Notes: generated from the letters alone by a model not told the origin. A DNA stretch of 63,516 nucleotides, filler included, from Octopus bimaculoides (GCF_001194135.2; 6 parts of 6 records of this genome joined end to end with filler, not necessarily neighbours in it); one strand, 5' to 3'; shown: positions 13,692 to 27,370, counted from the whole stretch's first letter. Made by a program: numbers and translations.

Positions 13692-14561
13692 AACGACAAA
13701 CAAGGTCAGCTGGATCAAGGCTGACCAGGTGTTAAGTAACAACAAAGAAAGAACACATTAGATAATGTGGTCCTAGACACACTTATGTCTGAATAAAAGA
13801 TGGGATGGTCATGGCTGGAACAATTTTGATCTTAGGTCTACCAGGTCATTACCAGCCTAGAGCTATACAACAACAAAAACAACAGCGAAGCACATTAGAT
13901 AATGGAGTCCTAGATACACATATGTCTGAATAAAAAATGGGATGGTCATGGCTGGAATACATTTAATTATTGGCCTGCTAGATAAAAGCTGATTTGGAGC
14001 TAAACAACAACAACAAGGAAGGACACATTTGATAATGTAGTCCAAGATAGACTGTGACTAATAAAAGATGGACAGTGCTAGAGTATTTTTAATCATAGAC
14101 CTGCTGTATCAGACCTGGGGTTAAACAACAACAATAATAATGATGATCAATTAACTAACTGTTAATTTTCCCAGTCTATCCTCTTCAAAAATTACCCACA
14201 TATTTCATACTCGAATTCTCTTAACAGATTAGTATCGCAAATATTGAGCTAGAATTACAAAAATGCAAACGAGGAAGCCATAATTATATCAATTTACGTT
14301 TTTACTAATTTTTATATAATTCAGACTCCATCGAAAACATCCAAACACTCACATATACATAATTGGAGAAATGAGAAAAGTTGCTTAAATATAAAACCCT
14401 CTTTTTTTTTAAAAAAAGCTTTCCATCATTGAACAGTTTAAAATAGTTTTGAAATTTGTTAAGTATTCTATGTGATTCCTTGTTTGTATTCTTCTGTGGC
14501 ACCTGGAGAGAGTGTCTTTACCCTCAACCCTGTGCTGATCAAAAATTTCATAAGGAGCATA

Positions 14562-15035
14562 TACACAAGGATGAGTTAAAAATGTAATGCCATTTTGTTT
14601 AGGACAGGTGTAATTACCAACACAGGAACATGTATCATACATCAAAATGAAGCTGGTCCTCTGTGGATCACATCCCTACTTCTCAACATAGTCACCGTTT
14701 CTCTCAAGAGCAATGTTCCACCTTCGAATGAGAGCATGTCTCCCTGTCCTGTAAAATTCTGTTGACTGTTCTTTGAGCCACTTCTTCACTACAGTTTTCA
14801 CTTCCTCGTCACTGGAATAATGCTTGCCTCTCGAACCCTCTTCCATGGGGCCGAAGAGATGATAGTCTGAAGGCGCTAAATCTGGTGACTTTGTTTCAGA
14901 AGTTCAGCGCAGGCCTTGACCCGGTCAGTCTTGCGTTTGGTAGTCAGCTCTCTCGGTACCCAACGGGCACACACTTTTGAAAAGCCAAATGATTCGACAA
15001 TGTTGTAAGCACTTCCATGGCTTACTTCAATGTTT
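14562..15035 (-). mobile_element. Internally deleted mariner transposon relic
   Basis: FSKVCARWVPREL joined out of frame directly to SPDLAPSDYHLFG...VKKWLKEQ..EFY...RW...L...GDYVEK*; TIR-like end tacacaaggatgagttaaaaa at 14562. Confidence 0.88.
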
Positions 15036-15264
15036 TCTGCCAAGTTTGTGCCAAAAATGCTTTCAGCTGACCAAGAAGGCACATATTGCTCACAAGTTCT
15101 TTATTTCTCCAACAGTGGCCAGCAAACCTTAAACTTCACTCTTGGATGGTTGATGAGAAAGTTGGTACATTCCCTTATATATGTTGTTTTGATGGGTGCT
15201 CCCTCCAAGAGATGTTGAGCACTGCACATAACATTCTGGTGTAGGCACTGTCCAGCATGCACCT

Positions 15265-15362
15265 GAGTCTCTTGGTGAGAATCTCTTGGTGAGAATCTCT
15301 TGGTGAGAGTCTCTTGGTGAGAGTCTTTTGGTGAGAGTCTCTTGGTGAGAGTCTCTTGGTGA
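15265..15362. repeat. Minisatellite, 14-bp unit gagtctcttggtga x7
   Basis: Direct reading. Confidence 0.95.
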
Positions 15363-16297
15363 AAGTCCAGCTTGGAGATCCATATACAGTCCACTTAGAT
15401 CAAGTGACCTGTCCAGGGGGGGAATTTATATGATGTGGAAACTAGGAAACCGACTCTTCTGAGTCAGTCAACTCAAGAAAGAGTGGTGCTTGTATTGCAC
15501 AAGGGTTTGTCACTGTCATCTAACGATGAACAGATGTCATTATAGTGACCTCATTTGTCGTCCCATTCTACTGAAAGTCCTGTAACAGTATTATTAGGAT
15601 AATTGTTGGAGTTAGCAGTTACCAATTGTACAAGGTGTTGATGCTGCAGATATGCAAGATTAAAGAAGAACAGTTATCAAAGTTGCAAGCAAATATTTAT
15701 TACCGTTACGTTGTATATAACCAAACCACGACAGGCTGGTATGTATAATTTGTAAAGCATGTGAGGTAAAGAGAGATATCGTAGATTTTCCTTGTACAGG
15801 TGTGTTTGTGTTCTCGTCGTTGTGTAGTAGTAAACCACAGATAGAGATAGGGTAATGTTGTAGAGAAGAGAAAGTGAGTGGTGGGATGAGACAACTGCTT
15901 CATTGGTGAGTTACCATAGTTGTCTCTCTGTACCTTTTCCTTCAGAGACAGCGTTTCATTCATCCGGTCATCCAGACCTTGGCTTATGGAATTCTTGTAT
16001 CTAGAACTCTACAAAAACAGTCCACCTTTAGTTGGAATCCTTCCACAACAGTGCAGGAGCTCCAGGGTTTTGCGGAGTGTGGAACTACTTTTTAACCTCT
16101 ATTATTTCCGGGTCTTCTGTGACCTAGAATATTAGCCCCTGTAAAGGTCCTCGCTATGAATTAACTAGCATGTCTCTAGAACGCACTGCAACCCCAAACT
16201 ACATGTGATCCGATAATCAGGGGTGACTTGGTCAGTGAATCCTCTGTGATGGTCCACAATCGACAGCAAGGTGAGCTGCTATGGATCACACCATCCC

Positions 16298-16560
16298 AAA
16301 GTATATATACATGTGAATGGGGACCACATGGGAACTTGTATTTCCAATGAAAGTATATATACATGTGAATGGGGACCACATGTGAACTTGTATTCCCAAT
16401 GAAAGTATATATACATGTGAATGGGGACCACATGGGAACTTGTATTTCCAATGAAAGTATATATACATGTGAATGGGGACCACATGTGAACTTTTATTCC
16501 CAATGAAAGTATATATACATGTGAATGGGGACCACATGTGAACTTGTATTCCCAATGAAA
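16298..16560. repeat. Minisatellite, 52-bp unit x5
   Basis: Units start at 16298, 16350, 16402, 16454 and 16506. Confidence 0.95.
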
Positions 16561-16829
16561 CTCCAAACATGGCCTCTACACCTCAACAACAAATGATGAC
16601 TATGACCACAGTCCCAATACGATCCAGTGCGCTTGATCTCCCAGTGGGGAATTTATCAAATTTGCAAGCTGGACATTTGGGCCACTGGCAGAAGCATTAG
16701 TTTACCTGGTAGAACGTGAGAGGCGACTGTCGGATGTGTAGGGTATTCGTGAGGGATATGGCGAACTCATTACTTGGAGCTGGCTCAAGCCCACCTCACG
16801 TGAATGCTGTTACAAGTACAAGGGAGTTG

Positions 16830-17015
16830 CTGGTGCCACATAAAGAGTACCCAGTACGCTCTGTAAAGTGGTTGGCTTTAGAAAGGGCATCCAGCCATAG
16901 AAACCAAGCCAAAACAGATACTAGAATTTGGTGCGGCTCTTTGGCTTGTCTATTCATGTTGAACTGTCCAAAACATGCTAACATAGAAAAAAAAATGTTA
17001 GATGATGATGATAAT
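16830..17015 (+). mobile_element. SINE/RTE-tail-like repeat ending in (GAT)n; related minus-strand copy at 31720-31890
   Basis: Shared motif gtggttggc(t/g)ttagaaagggcatccagc..tagaaacc and (GAT)n tail. Confidence 0.6.
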
Positions 17016-17028
17016 GATGTTTTATACG

Positions 17029-17081
<53 letters not shown>

Positions 17082-17345
17082 CTGAATAAATATTGTGTTA
17101 TCAAAATATTTGTAGACACTGTCTCTAAGTGATAAAACCGTTTGTCAAGCATTTATTTTCTTAATGCCTACAGCTGACCCTCAGCATGTAATTATAACAC
17201 CTGTCTAGGGCCTATGCATGTGTGTGTGTATGTGTGTGTGTGTGTGCGTGTATGTATGTATGCATGTGTGTGTTTGTATTTATAACGATAATTTATCGGT
17301 TATAATAAAACATCATACATATATGTTTGAATACATACATACATT

Positions 17346-17402
<57 letters not shown>

Positions 17403-17405
17403 ATG

Positions 17406-17440
<35 letters not shown>

Positions 17441-17470
17441 CAATGATCAGATGAAGGCGGTGTTGGTTAT

Positions 17471-17512
17471 TAGCCAATCAGAAGACCGCAACATCTGGTT
17501 GCCCTTAGCAAC
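17471..17512 (+). promoter_or_regulatory. CCAAT (NF-Y) box plus RFX X-box in a CpG-rich unique island
   Basis: agCCAATcag at 17472-17481; GTTGCC-ctt-AGCAAC at 17498-17512 fits GTNRCC(N0-3)RGYAAC; 17440-17830 is unusually CpG-rich for this window; donor CAG|GTGCGC at 17822. Confidence 0.55.
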
Positions 17513-18287
17513 AGGACTGACACCACGTCGTCGCACCCAAGGAAAGACAACTCCACCGCGTTTGTTATCGATTTATTGTTGTTTCACGCGAGGTCAAACC
17601 CTTGTCCTGCACATCTACGATTAAAAGCATTCCAACCGTGACCACCCTCCGTCATGTTCCTATGTGTAAGGAAGCCAGGGCCGCATTATACTATTACAAA
17701 ATGACGTTTTCTAAGAGTGTAAGGTGCGATGTGAGGGAGATTTGGTTGCTATTTCTAGCAAGTTGTACGACGAGGAAAAGAGACCCCCACGGCGTTGTGA
17801 ATGTTTTCGTTGTTGAGGACAGGTGCGCATTTGAGGGGCGGGAGGAGTGTATACACACTCACACATGTACATACATACATATTATATATGTACATAAGCG
17901 TGTGTATATGTGTATGTATATAAAGAGGTATATATATATAGGGAGAGAGGGGGGAATTTGAATGATTAAATATGAATGTGTGTGTGTGTGCGAGTATGTA
18001 TGTATGTATGTATGTGTGTGTACGTATATATGTGTGTGTGTATGTATATATAGAGAGAGACAGGCAGACAGACAGGCAAAGAAAGAGAGAGAACGAGTGA
18101 GGGGGAGAAGAAGAAGAAGAAGAAGAAGAAGAAGGCAAATACAGAGACTGTATACAAAGAGAGAGAGAGAGGTGGGGTACAGAGGTGATTTGACGTCCGT
18201 GTTTGTTGGTTTCTTTCTCAGGTACGTGTGGCCCCTTACCTGTCGTCCACTCAGCAGTAAATTATTGCCTCTCACACCGATATCTTC

Positions 18288-18334
<47 letters not shown>

Positions 18335-18405
18335 TACACACACACCTTTCTCTCTCTCTCTCTCATATACACACACATATATATATACATACATANNNNN
18401 NNNNN

Positions 18406-18455
<50 letters not shown>

Positions 18456-19426
18456 CAGAAAGGTAGATAGATAAATCGATAGATATCTATATATATAACT
18501 TGTTCTGGATTTACATAATACACACGCACATTCATATTTTACATAAACACACAGAAACACGCATACATATATGTATATTACATATGTATATATACATATA
18601 TATATATAAATACATACACACATGCGTCTATGCATAAATCGGATTGGTTATGGACGGGGCCTGTTATAGGTCTCCGTGACCAGTGCTAGCCTGGGGCTAA
18701 ACAACAACAACAAAAGCTGTAAAAACTGTTGTTTGTAAAGATAACGACCGACCAGACACGAGAGAAAAAGGGAGAGGGTGGTTCTACGTTGTTAGTTGTG
18801 AAACCTGCTAGAAACAGCAGTCAAGGACTCCCTCAAATCACTTTGGGACAGCGATATATATATANNNNNNNNNNNNNNNNNNNNNNNNNNNNNNNNNNNN
18901 NNNNNNNNNNNNNNNNNNNNNNNNNNNNNNNNNNNNNNNNNNNNNNNNNNNNNNNNNNNNNNNNNNNNNNNNNNNNNNNNTAAACAACAACAACAAAAGC
19001 TGTAAAAACTGTTGTTTGTAAAGATAACGACCGACCAGACACGAGAGAAAAAGGGAGAGGGTGGTTCTACGTTGTTAGTTGTGAAACCTGCTAGAAACAG
19101 CAGCCAGAATCTCCTTCACTTCATACTCAGACGTCTGAAAGAAAAACAAGAAATCGAAAACAAAACTAATCGGTTTCGTGTTGGATTTAAAAAAAAAAAA
19201 GGAAAAAATACAAGGGGTGGTCACGATTGGAATGTTTTTGATGAAAAGTACGAAGGATCAGAGGTAAACAACGTTTATGGACTCAGATAAAATTAATGTC
19301 TTGTAATAATTAATCCCTAATTAATCTGTTTTTATTCAATAACGGGTTCTCTACCTGTTCGCTTCACGATCCGCTAGAAATAGCAGCCAAATCTCATCTC
19401 ATCTCAGCAAAATTGACAAATATAAT

Positions 19427-19457
<31 letters not shown>

Positions 19458-19914
19458 GTACGTAATCTATACATATACACACATACATTCGGACATACAA
19501 TAATATAACGCTCATACACATGTATATATACACACACTCACCCTTATAACGACGAAGTGGTCATGGTTGAAAAGGCTTTGACCAGAAGAAGCCTACTCGG
19601 TCAAGAATGACCACGGGTTAAAGAAAAAGTGTCTGTTACAACCTTTTTTCCAGTTTCGTTTAAAAAAAAAAGCAAAACGTAAACAAGAATAAAAGAAAGA
19701 AAACAATTACAGAATTATAGAATTATAGAATAACAGAACAATAGTGCGATGGAATAATGGAATGATAGAATTATGGAATGACAAGAAATAGCAGCCAAAT
19801 TTCAACGTTGCTGAATTAGAGGAATGACAAAAAGAGAAACAGGAAAAAAATCCTGATTCCACTGAATGATATAAACTGATCTATCTGTCTGTCTGTCTGT
19901 CTGTCTATCCATCT

Positions 19915-20194
19915 ATATTTGTTATCTTTTGTTTGTTTCAGTCACTAAACTGCAGCCATGCTGGAGCACCAGCTTGGAGAATTATAAGTGAACAAATCGA
20001 ACCCGTTATCTATTTTATTTTAAGCCTGGTGCTTATTCTATTGACCTCTTTTGCTGAACGGCTAAGTTATAGGGACGTAAACAAACCAACACTGGTTGTC
20101 CAGCGGTGGTAGGGAACAAATCCTGACATGAAGACACACACATACACATACTATATACATACATACATTCATACATATATATATATATATACAC

Positions 20195-20228
<34 letters not shown>

Positions 20229-20358
20229 GACGGGCTTCTTTCAGTTTCTGTCGACCAAATCCATTAACAAGGCATTGGTTAGTCTGAGGTTATAGCAGAG
20301 GATACATTCCTAAGGTGCCATGCAGTGGGACTGAACCCAGAATCATGTAGTTGGGAAA
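19915..20358 (-). mobile_element. SINE family A copy
   Basis: Reverse-complement match to 37525-37929, including the internal TA/CA microsatellite. Confidence 0.8.
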
Positions 20359-21749
20359 CTCTTAAAAAAAAGGTGGAACAGTCATAGTTGGAATGTCTTT
20401 GATCACAGAGCCTTCCTGGGTAAGTGGGTAAGTGTTAACCACGGGCTAAATAACTTTCAGTGAATTTCAAAATTTCTTTCTTTGTATTCTTCATTAAAAT
20501 GGAATAATGGAGCATTGGAATTATGGAATGACTCAACGAACTGCAAAATCTCAAAGAAAATGCCAGCAGGAATGAATGTCCTGAATTCCCCTCTCAAAAG
20601 ACAAACCCTTAATTCTTAACCACAAATATGACCCCACTAACCCTACAAATATACGAACACTATAATCATGTAGCATTTTAAGTTTTGGTAAAATGTCTCA
20701 ATTTCTCCAAGGAACGCTGAAGGAATTCACAAGAAACTTCTAGCTTCTTTGAAATGTGTGAAGCAATAAAGATTGCCTAAGGAACCCTCTTTTATTGTAA
20801 ACTGAGATACCACACATTTAAGAACTCTGGAATTATAACTTTCTGTCAATTCAAACTATATATACTGCCCCCTACACACAAACACACATACATAGCAACA
20901 TATACACATATATATTTATATATACTATTATATATACTAATCTTTCAGCTATGTAATGCTTTTTTTCTGGCCCTACAATCGCCTCCATTTTTTATTCTGT
21001 TATTAACATATTTAAATTGTTACACTGGATAATAATAGAATCAATGATATCTTCACAAATTATCCTTTCGTGAATTATTTGCTCCTCATATGTATATAGA
21101 TATATATATTCTTTTATTCTTTTATGCATTTCAGCTATGCTGTGGCCATGCTGGGGCACCACCAATATTATCATCTTTCCAGTGGTCATTCTTATGTGAT
21201 TGCCTTTTGGGGAAAGTGGGAATTCGATATTGCTGTCCTTTTTACACACACACACACACACACACACAAATCTCTGTCAATTCACCAGAAGCAATAAATT
21301 GCAGGACTCAATACACACATTGAGTGTTCTTTATTACATTTCAAGTGAAGGGCTCCGAATCCCAGGACCCAGAGCTGCTCCTTTCGGATCATCCGCTTGT
21401 AAACTGAACCCAGTGTCCTTTTTGGATATTCTCTGTCAGAATATTTTTCTGAAACATGAAATGAAAGTTTGACGGAAACACTTATCTTAATTATTCTTTC
21501 ATTTCAAAAAAACCTTTTTGAATGACATACATCACCAAGGGGCGCTTACATCGTTAAGAATTAAGGAGAGGAGGATATATACCAAGGATGAGTAGATACC
21601 ACAGAGTTTGTACAATAACGACCCCTAATTAAGGAGATCTTACTAACTTCAGTCCCTTTTCCATAAATCAATTTTTGAAGAACTTTATATTACACGACCC
21701 CGATCCATTGTCGTTGTGTTCACTGTTGACATTCTTGCAGTAGTGAAAC

Positions 21750-21919
21750 ATGTCAAAGACAGGGGCAGAGCCCAACAGTGCTGGCCTTGTCCTCGCCACA
21801 CATGAAACCAAGGACAACAACTCCAACAACAACAAGAATACCATTGCAATGTCTGTTGTGAACACCAGTAACAACAGCAACAAGGAGTTTGAGCAGAAAC
21901 AGTTGCCGGCCGAAACGAG
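21750..21919 (+). CDS. Putative first coding exon (MSKTGAEPNSAGLVLATHETKDNNSNNNKNTIAMSVVNTSNNSNKEFEQKQLPAET)
   Basis: Acceptor ttcttgcag| at 21740, in-frame TAG TGA then gaaacATG, 56 open codons, donor AG|GTGAGA (phase 2) matching the exon at 31194. Confidence 0.6.
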
Positions 21920-22109
21920 GTGAGAGCTTTTGTATTTTGTTGGGAGGGTCATTATGCCAATATTGACACACCCACTGGTTCAATTCCACTTCTTTATTAT
22001 TAGTCAATTGACTAAAATATCCGATTGTTTTGTTTTTGTTTGTCAAAGTGCTTTCATTGCTGCTTGCAACTTTTTTAATGACTTTTGACTGCTGTTGTCT
22101 GTTATAACA

Positions 22110-22510
22110 ACAACAACAACAATAAAAACAAAGTATGCTGGATCCTAGATATAGCATGCCCTGCTGAGAACAAGGTATGTGATAAGGAAGAAAGAAAAGT
22201 CGATAGATATGACAGGTTAGCTTGGGAAGTTAAGAAGTTGTGGTCGATGAAAAAGGTGGCAGTAGTAGCAATAATTGTCGGAGCCCTGGGAACTGTGAGT
22301 AAAAATCTCGAGAAGTACGTGGAACAAATAGGGGCTGCAATAAGGGTGGAGCACTTGCAGAAAACAGCACTGCTTGGAACCACTTGAATACTCTAGAAGG
22401 TGCTCGAAAATTAAGGGGTGTTACCTTAGTTCACAGCCAACACTGTAGAGTACATCTGCAGCATTAGAAGCTGTGCAAAGGCAATAATAAAAATAATAAT
22501 AATAATAATG

Positions 22511-22560
<50 letters not shown>
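22110..22560 (+). mobile_element. R4/Dong-like LINE 3' end: restriction-like endonuclease remnant, 3' UTR and (AAT)n tail
   Basis: CWILDIACPAENKV.DKEERKVDRYDRLAWEVKKLW...V.V.AIIVGALG.V...LQKTALLGT matches the PD-(D/E)xK REL C-terminus. Confidence 0.88.
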
Positions 22561-22561
<1 letters not shown>

Positions 22562-23168
22562 GTTAGCATTCTTCCTTAGTAACAGTTACAGAATGAGTCA
22601 TTCTTGGTGTTGCTATTTCAATTGTTTCTGAGAAACTAAAGACAGGTGTTTTTTCTTTCATTCTTTAATAAGAAATAATATTGGTCTGTTGACAAGGTCA
22701 AGAACCACACAAATATAGGTGTGTGTCTGTGTATATATATATATATATATATACACACAGCTATTCTGATTATATGTCTGTGCACACGTTTGAATGTGGC
22801 GTGTGCCAGAGGGTTTGCAAATCCAATGGGGGTCTTAAAAGACATGTTAGGATCCACAATGAGCAGAACTTACTNNNNNNNNNNNNNNNNNNNNNNNNNN
22901 NNNNNNNNNNNNNNNNNNNNNNNNNNNNNNNNNNNNNNNNNNNNNNNNNNNNNNNNNNNNNNNNNNNNNNNNNNNNNNNNNNNNNNNNNNNNNNNNNNNN
23001 NNNNNNNNNNNNNNNNNNNNNNNNNNNNNNNNNNNNNNNNNNNNNNNNNNNNNNNNNNNNNNNNNNNNNNNNNNNNNNNNNNNNNNNNNNNNNNNNNNNN
23101 NNNNNNNNNNNNNNNNNNNNNNNNNNNNNNNNNNNNNNNNNNNNNNNNNNNNNNNNNNNNNNNNNNNN

Positions 23169-23211
<43 letters not shown>

Positions 23212-23213
23212 GT

Positions 23214-23410
23214 GTGTTTGTCTCCCAACATCACTTAACAATCGATTCTGGTGTGTTTACATCTCTGTAACTTAGTGGCTCGGCAAAAGACCGATAGAAT
23301 AAGCACTAGGCTTCCAAAGAATAAGTCCTGGGGTTGACTTGCTCGACTAAAGGTGGTGCTCCAGCATGGCTGCAGTCAAATGACTGAAACAAGTAAAAGA
23401 ATAAAAGAAT
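23214..23410 (+). mobile_element. SINE family A, 3' domain
   Basis: Matches 37735-37929. Confidence 0.8.
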
Positions 23411-23952
23411 AAAAGAATCAAATATGACATTTTAGCCCTCAGGCATTTTCAATTTCTACATTTTTTTTCATTTTCATTCGACCCTAATATACAAACCGGC
23501 CCTTATATACAAACTGGCCCTCATGAGTTGTCATGAAGATAGCCAGGACCTTTGCCTAAGGTTTACTCTGCACATTAAAACTTGTGACCCCTTCAACTAG
23601 TTTCCCCTGGTTCTTTCTATTACATTCTGGTCACCTTTAAATTCTGACTCAGAAAAATGTTTTGTTTTATCCGGTTCGTTGCTCATGTGGCCCAGTTTTG
23701 TTCTTAAGGTCTAGCTCTTCTGGAATTCAGTTTTTATGGTTCGTTGAGCATACATCCTGCTTTTGTGTTTTTTTACAGTCCTGTGGGTTTTGGGGTTTAG
23801 GAATGTGAATTCCATGTAAATTTAAATATTTGTGTATTTTTTATCTTTTCGTTTTTAATTTGTGTGACATTAGACTTCTGTCATGCTTCAAGAATTTTAG
23901 CGGAACAAATCAAGATCAGTACTTTAATTGCTTTAAGCTTGATACTTATTCT

Positions 23953-24152
23953 GTTAATACAGTTCTATATTTAAGGGATGAGGAATTATGTGCATTATTT
24001 ACATTATTTACATTTGACGGATATTTGTCCTCATTTTGTTTGTTGTTAACACAACGTCTCGGTTGATATACCCTCCAGCCTTGATCAGATGTCTTGGGGA
24101 AATTTTGAACCTGGGTTCTCATTCCTAAGGTATTTTTCGATGTCATTATTAC

Positions 24153-24190
<38 letters not shown>

Positions 24191-24263
24191 TGGTCACTGC
24201 CTGGAATCGAATTTGGAATCTTGGGGTTAGTAGCCCGAGTTCTTAACCACTACACCATATGCC
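23953..24263 (-). mobile_element. SINE family C, full-length
   Basis: Head ggcatatggtgtagtggttaagaactcgggctactaaccccaagattccaaattcgattcc, (AAT)n, tail with degenerate hammerhead at 24048-24093. Confidence 0.82.
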
Positions 24264-24271
24264 TGTCTGTG

Positions 24272-24279
24272 GGCAGTGA

Positions 24280-24348
<69 letters not shown>

Positions 24349-24482
24349 CAACAGCATCGAAAAATACCTTAGGAATGAGAACCCAGATCTGAAATTTCCC
24401 CAAAGACACCTGATGGAGGCTGAAGGGTATATCAGCCGAAACATTGTGTTAACAAGAAACAAGATGAGGACAAATATCCATC
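24272..24482 (+). mobile_element. SINE family C, head-truncated inverted copy abutting the previous one
   Basis: ggcagtgacctg(aat)n...agacac CTGATGG a ggctg..cagcc GAAA cattgtgtt; reverse complement of 24019-24201. Confidence 0.82.
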
Positions 24483-24488
24483 AATTGT

Positions 24489-24531
<43 letters not shown>

Positions 24532-26095
24532 TCTGCTGCCTCCATGGCCCAACATCTGGTGTTGGTTTGTTTATTTTCCTGTAACTTTGTGGTTCATAAA
24601 AAAAGGATGATAAAAATAAATACCAGTTATAAAAAAATCAAAACACATACGAAAAAGCATAAGTGCTGGGTGCCCCAGCATGGCCACAGTCCTGTAACTG
24701 AAACACAGTCGTTGTAACTTAGCAATTCATTGAAAAAGACCAATAAAAATAAACACCAGACTTAAGAAGAAAACAAAACCTCAACAAAACATCAGTACCA
24801 GGTGCATGCTGCAGTATGGCCACACTCCAGTGCCTGAAGCAAGTAATATCTAGAAGATGAAAGATTAAAGACTAAAGGGAAATGTACCTAAGAGGAGTGG
24901 GGGGGGGAGAAGATCTTGGTGTCAGGCAAGGCTTTGTGGTGGTGGTGGTGGTGGTGGAGAAGATCGCTTTTGTTACTCGCCGTCTGTTTCCAACATCTGA
25001 AATTCGACGAGAGAAAGTACTATTGCGTTTGATGCTGGTCGGTGGAAACTTATAAATACATAATCAGGTGCCATGGGGGTGTGTAAATAGGCCCCCACCC
25101 CCACCCTAACCCCTCCGCAAAAAAAACCTCAAAAAACCAGTTCTGTTATGTGTGTGCGCGTGTTGACTTCCTCGGCGAGATGTGTTTGTTTTATTGAAAA
25201 ATAGGGCGAGTTTATGAAAACAGTAAGTTTCTGCAGTCATATATGACAACAGCACTAACAACATCAACAGCAGTAGCAGCAGCAGCAACAACAAATCTGG
25301 TAATGTACACAGACACACAGACACAGACACACACACATAAATCCATACACAAACATGCAAACACACATATATATATACATACACTCACATATATATAGAC
25401 ACACACATATATATTAATATATCTGTGTATATACGTGCACATACACATATATACACATACACATATATACACGTACACATGTATACACATACATGCACGC
25501 ACACACATGCATATATATACAGATACACACCTAGATATGCACAAACACATGTATACACACATATATTTATATACATACACACACACACACACCCACAACA
25601 CTCACACATATATTTATACACACACACACACTCACATGCACCCATCACACACACATATACACATGAATATACATATACATATATACACACACACCAACAT
25701 GCACCCTTCACACACACACATATACACATACACGCGCACACACACATATACACGCAAGCACACACACACACACACACATATGTAAAGATGTACACTTAGA
25801 TATACACACATGCACACACACACTTATATATGCACATGTATACACACACCCACACACACATATTTATATAACTCTTTATACATATCAATCATATGTTTCC
25901 AGTTTTGCTCTTCTCCATCCTGGCCCACCCCCCAAGCCAGCATACGCTTTCACCACCACCACCACCACCACCACCCTCGTAGTCACACTCCACCTCCTCC
26001 CCTGTCCCCCCCTCCTCATTCTTGTAATCGTCAGTTCCATTATCACCGTCATCTGTTTCATCGTTAATTGTGTCATCTCTATAATTGTCATCGCT

Positions 26096-26126
<31 letters not shown>

Positions 26127-26670
26127 TCGTCATCATCACTGTNNNNNNNNNNNNNNNNNNNNNNNNNNNNNNNNNNNNNNNNNNNNNNNNNNNNNNNNNN
26201 NNNNNNNNNNNNNNNNNNNNNNNNNNNNNNNNNNNNNNNNNNNNNNNNNNNNNNNNNNNNNNNNNNNNNNNNNNNNNNNNNNNNNNNNNNNNNNNNNNNN
26301 NNNNNNNNNNNNNNNNNNNNNNNNNNNNNNNNNNNNNNNNNNNNNNNNNNNNNNNNNNNNNNNNNNNNNNNNNNNNNNNNNNNNNNNNNNNNNNNNNNNN
26401 NNNNNNNNNNNNNNNNNNNNNNNNNNNNNNNNNNNNNNNNNNNNNNNNNNNNNNNNNNNNNNNNNNNNNNNNNNNNNNNNNNNNNNNNNNNNNNNNNNNN
26501 NNNNATCTTCATTATCACTTCTGCTATCATTGCTACCACCACCACCACCACCACCACCACACACACACACACACACCACTGCCACCACTACCTCCTCCCC
26601 CACCGCCACAACCACCCACCTCTGTTATTCATCACCTATTTATACTCTCTGCTAAACACACTCTCTGCCG

Positions 26671-26706
<36 letters not shown>

Positions 26707-26933
26707 CAGATCTGGCTGGTAATATTTGGTAATATTTGGCACCGGACCAGATGTCTGTGAGTTGGATGGAATGGAAAAGATGAAAAGAGGTCGTCTTGGA
26801 ACCATATATACACACACACACACACTTATGTACACACAATATATAATATATATATATATATTGTATACATATGTACATGTGTATATATATATAATTTTCC
26901 AGTAAATTTTGTAATCGCTACCAATATAAAGGG

Positions 26934-26979
<46 letters not shown>

Positions 26980-27284
26980 GCATATCTTGGCTTAAGCCGT
27001 TTCGATTTAAGTCATTCTCGATTATACATCGGTTTTCAAAAATAATATATGAAAAAATAAAGTTTACTTGACTTTACGTCTGTCCACCACAAATGTTGAA
27101 ATTGTAGAATCACTAGAAAACCGTTAAAAGCACGTAAAATCATGTTACTGTACGATAAATAAGAATATAAGCATACAAGATCATATTAAGATATGTACAG
27201 TAGATGTTAAGATACACACCATAAAGTAATGTAGCTTAGTCAACGAAATGATGATGACGGTGATGATGATGACAATGATGATGA

Positions 27285-27370
<86 letters not shown>

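Larger units (their letters stand above)
12961..14132. repeat. ~170-bp dispersed repeat: two copies left (12961-13320) and three in opposite orientation right (13705-14132) of a SINE C
   Basis: Shared motifs agataatgtggtcctagacac..tatgtctgaataaaagatgggatggtcatggctggaa and ctggggttaaacaacaac. Confidence 0.65.

Noticed and set aside
18699-19105. ~125-bp direct repeat (18699-18820 and 18981-19102)
   Set aside because: Identical copies on either side of an N-gap; most likely a contig-overlap artefact.
21375-21400. CGGATGA-tcc-GAAA-gga as a hammerhead
   Set aside because: GAAA is a hairpin loop rather than the core element; no stems I/III.
24190-24263. SINE heads as true tRNA genes (apparent ACT anticodon)
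   Set aside because: No proper acceptor stem; they run directly into SINE bodies and are multi-copy and diverged.
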